A DNA stretch of 64,000 nucleotides from Chrysomallon squamiferum (lineage: Eukaryota > Animalia > Mollusca). The translations under genes were made by a program, and so were the position numbers. The DNA is taken from positions 13,764,001 to 13,828,000 of the forward strand of contig CM022673.1 in NCBI GenBank assembly GCA_012295275.1. Reading direction: 5' to 3'. Of this stretch, positions 62,235 through 64,000 are shown piece by piece (position 1 is the first letter of the stretch; each line of letters begins with the position of its first letter). The notes below the pieces were generated by a model that ran no database searches, had not been told where the DNA came from, and saw nothing but the letters and a program-made list of their open reading frames with translations.

Positions 62235-62727
62235 GTTATAAGAAAAGTATACACAAAGAATAGTTAGTTAACTATAAGTAAAATTATTTAACTATTAGTT
62301 AATTTTTGTTATTATTTTGACATCATTTTACAATATAAACTTTACACAGCGCACAGTAAAGAAAATGTTTAATTTTACTCGCCTCGAAGTTTTCTTTTAT
62401 TCTCCGAGGATTCACACTTTTCGGAATCACCATTATTCCCCTTTGTATCAAATTACGAAGCAGAACCTGAACAATGACATCAAATACTTTCTTAGATTTG
62501 AAATAATTTAAAATTTTACTTTTGACATGTTGCCGTTATTGTAATAGTTAAAATAAAGATAACGATGATGATAATGATGATGATTATTATTATATTATTA
62601 TTAATATCATCATGAACATAATTATAATTGTTATTAATACTATCGTATTATTATTATCGTCAGTAGAAGTAGTAGTAGTTGTTGTTTTTGTAGTAGTAGT
62701 AGTAGAAGTAGAGATAGTAGTAACAGT

Positions 62728-62759
<32 letters not shown>

Positions 62760-63896
62760 TATTATTATCGCAACCTGCATTACTGTTGCTGCTATCGTTA
62801 CCGAAAGTACTACTACTGTTAAGATTGAGTTTCTTTTTGTTGTTTTCATATACAAATATTTTTTTTTTTTTTTTTTTTTTAAATAAAATTTAAAAACTAT
62901 TTTATACATTTTGTTGTAAATACAATTTAAAATCTGTCAAGTTTAGATGTATCACCTGAGCAGGAGTTTTGTTGTACTTCTTTCCAATTTCTTGTAGAAT
63001 TTTTTCTTCTAGAAGTACCTTGTCATCAGCTTTTATCCTTGATTAATAATAATAACAATAATAATAATAATAATAATAACAACAACAACAACAACAACAA
63101 CAACAAAACAACAACCAAAAAACACCTAAAACAAAACAATAACAAAGCAACAACAACAACAATAACAGTAACATCAATAATAGCAACAACAACAATAAAA
63201 ATAATAATAATAATAATAAGAAGAAGAAGAACAACAAAACAAAACAAAATAATAATAATAATAATAGTAACAGCAATAATAGCAACAACAACAACAACAC
63301 TAATGATAATAATAAGAAGAAAAACAACAACAATAAATAATAATAATAATTATAATAAGCTTACAAATCTTGAGGTCTGCCAGGTGCCCCGAGAGGAGAA
63401 TAGGCCGTCAACAAAATATTTCTTTTTTCACAAAACTCTTTGAGTTTATCTTGAGGGAAGTAGGCGTTACACTCCACCTAGTATACATAAACATATACAT
63501 TACATATACATATACAAATGTATATGTGTATATATATATGAAACACACACACACACACGCACATATACATTTTTAACTCAATATAAATGAAGTAAAAATA
63601 TAACAAATGTTACACATGGTATATAAGATGATGATGATGATGGTGATGACGAGGATGACGTTATAGGTGCTGTCCTATAACTTTAAGCTGTTAAAGCAGC
63701 TGATGCTGCTGCTTCGACTGTTATTAATGGCGTTAGCTGTCACTGTTGACATAATTTAATAATGTGAATATAAACAAACCTGATTGGTGACGGGTTGGTG
63801 AGTTGCTGACTGAAGTATCTTGTCAATCTGTTCTGAATTAAAATTAGAAACGCCAATAGCACGAACCTTCCCAGAATCCAACAGCTCCTCCATGGC
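61703..63896 (-). CDS. Aldo-keto reductase family 1-like, 3' exons only (5' part beyond the right edge)
   Basis: Exons 63896-63780 ([25 protein letters not shown]), 63477-63365 ([19 protein letters not shown]), 63037-62956 (KYNKTPAQ), 62466-62383 ([28 protein letters not shown]), 62111-62029 ([11 protein letters not shown]), 61745-61703 ([10 protein letters not shown]). Confidence 0.93.
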
Positions 63897-64000
63897 CTGT
63901 AGTAGTTAAATAGATATTAGTATTCATATACCTTCTTATTTACATATGTATGTGCGTGCATCTGTGTGTATGAGTGAATGTGAGGGTATGTCTGTCTGTC

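Noticed and set aside
1-64000. tRNA, rRNA, snoRNA genes or autonomous transposon ORFs
   Set aside because: None recognisable by eye; an Infernal/tRNAscan run would be needed to exclude small intronic RNAs.

Overview
AT-rich, intron-rich animal genomic DNA (invertebrate; the microsatellite style suggests a mollusc, which is inference). I assembled exons by hand from GT/AG boundaries and reading phase. Gene order: CCDC47 (-, runs off the left edge), a RING/coiled-coil gene (+) sharing its promoter, an 8xCUB type-I membrane protein (+), POLR1B (-, 31 coding exons), PSMC3IP/HOP2 (+), DUSP19 (-), an inverted copy of the DUSP19 catalytic exon (+), and the 3' half of an AKR1-family aldo-keto reductase (-). 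Two things stand out. (1) Most long minisatellites here are built from a splice junction: the unit contains the acceptor or donor plus the adjacent exon end, only the copy touching the exon appears usable, and decoy acceptors hit in-frame stops. There are at least 8 cases in two genes, with up to ~33 decoy acceptors. (2) DUSP19 exon 1 and its presumed promoter lie between two inverted, near-identical copies of the catalytic exon, an architecture that could flip. Frame breaks in CCDC47 and POLR1B suggest consensus errors, so single-base details need read-level checks.
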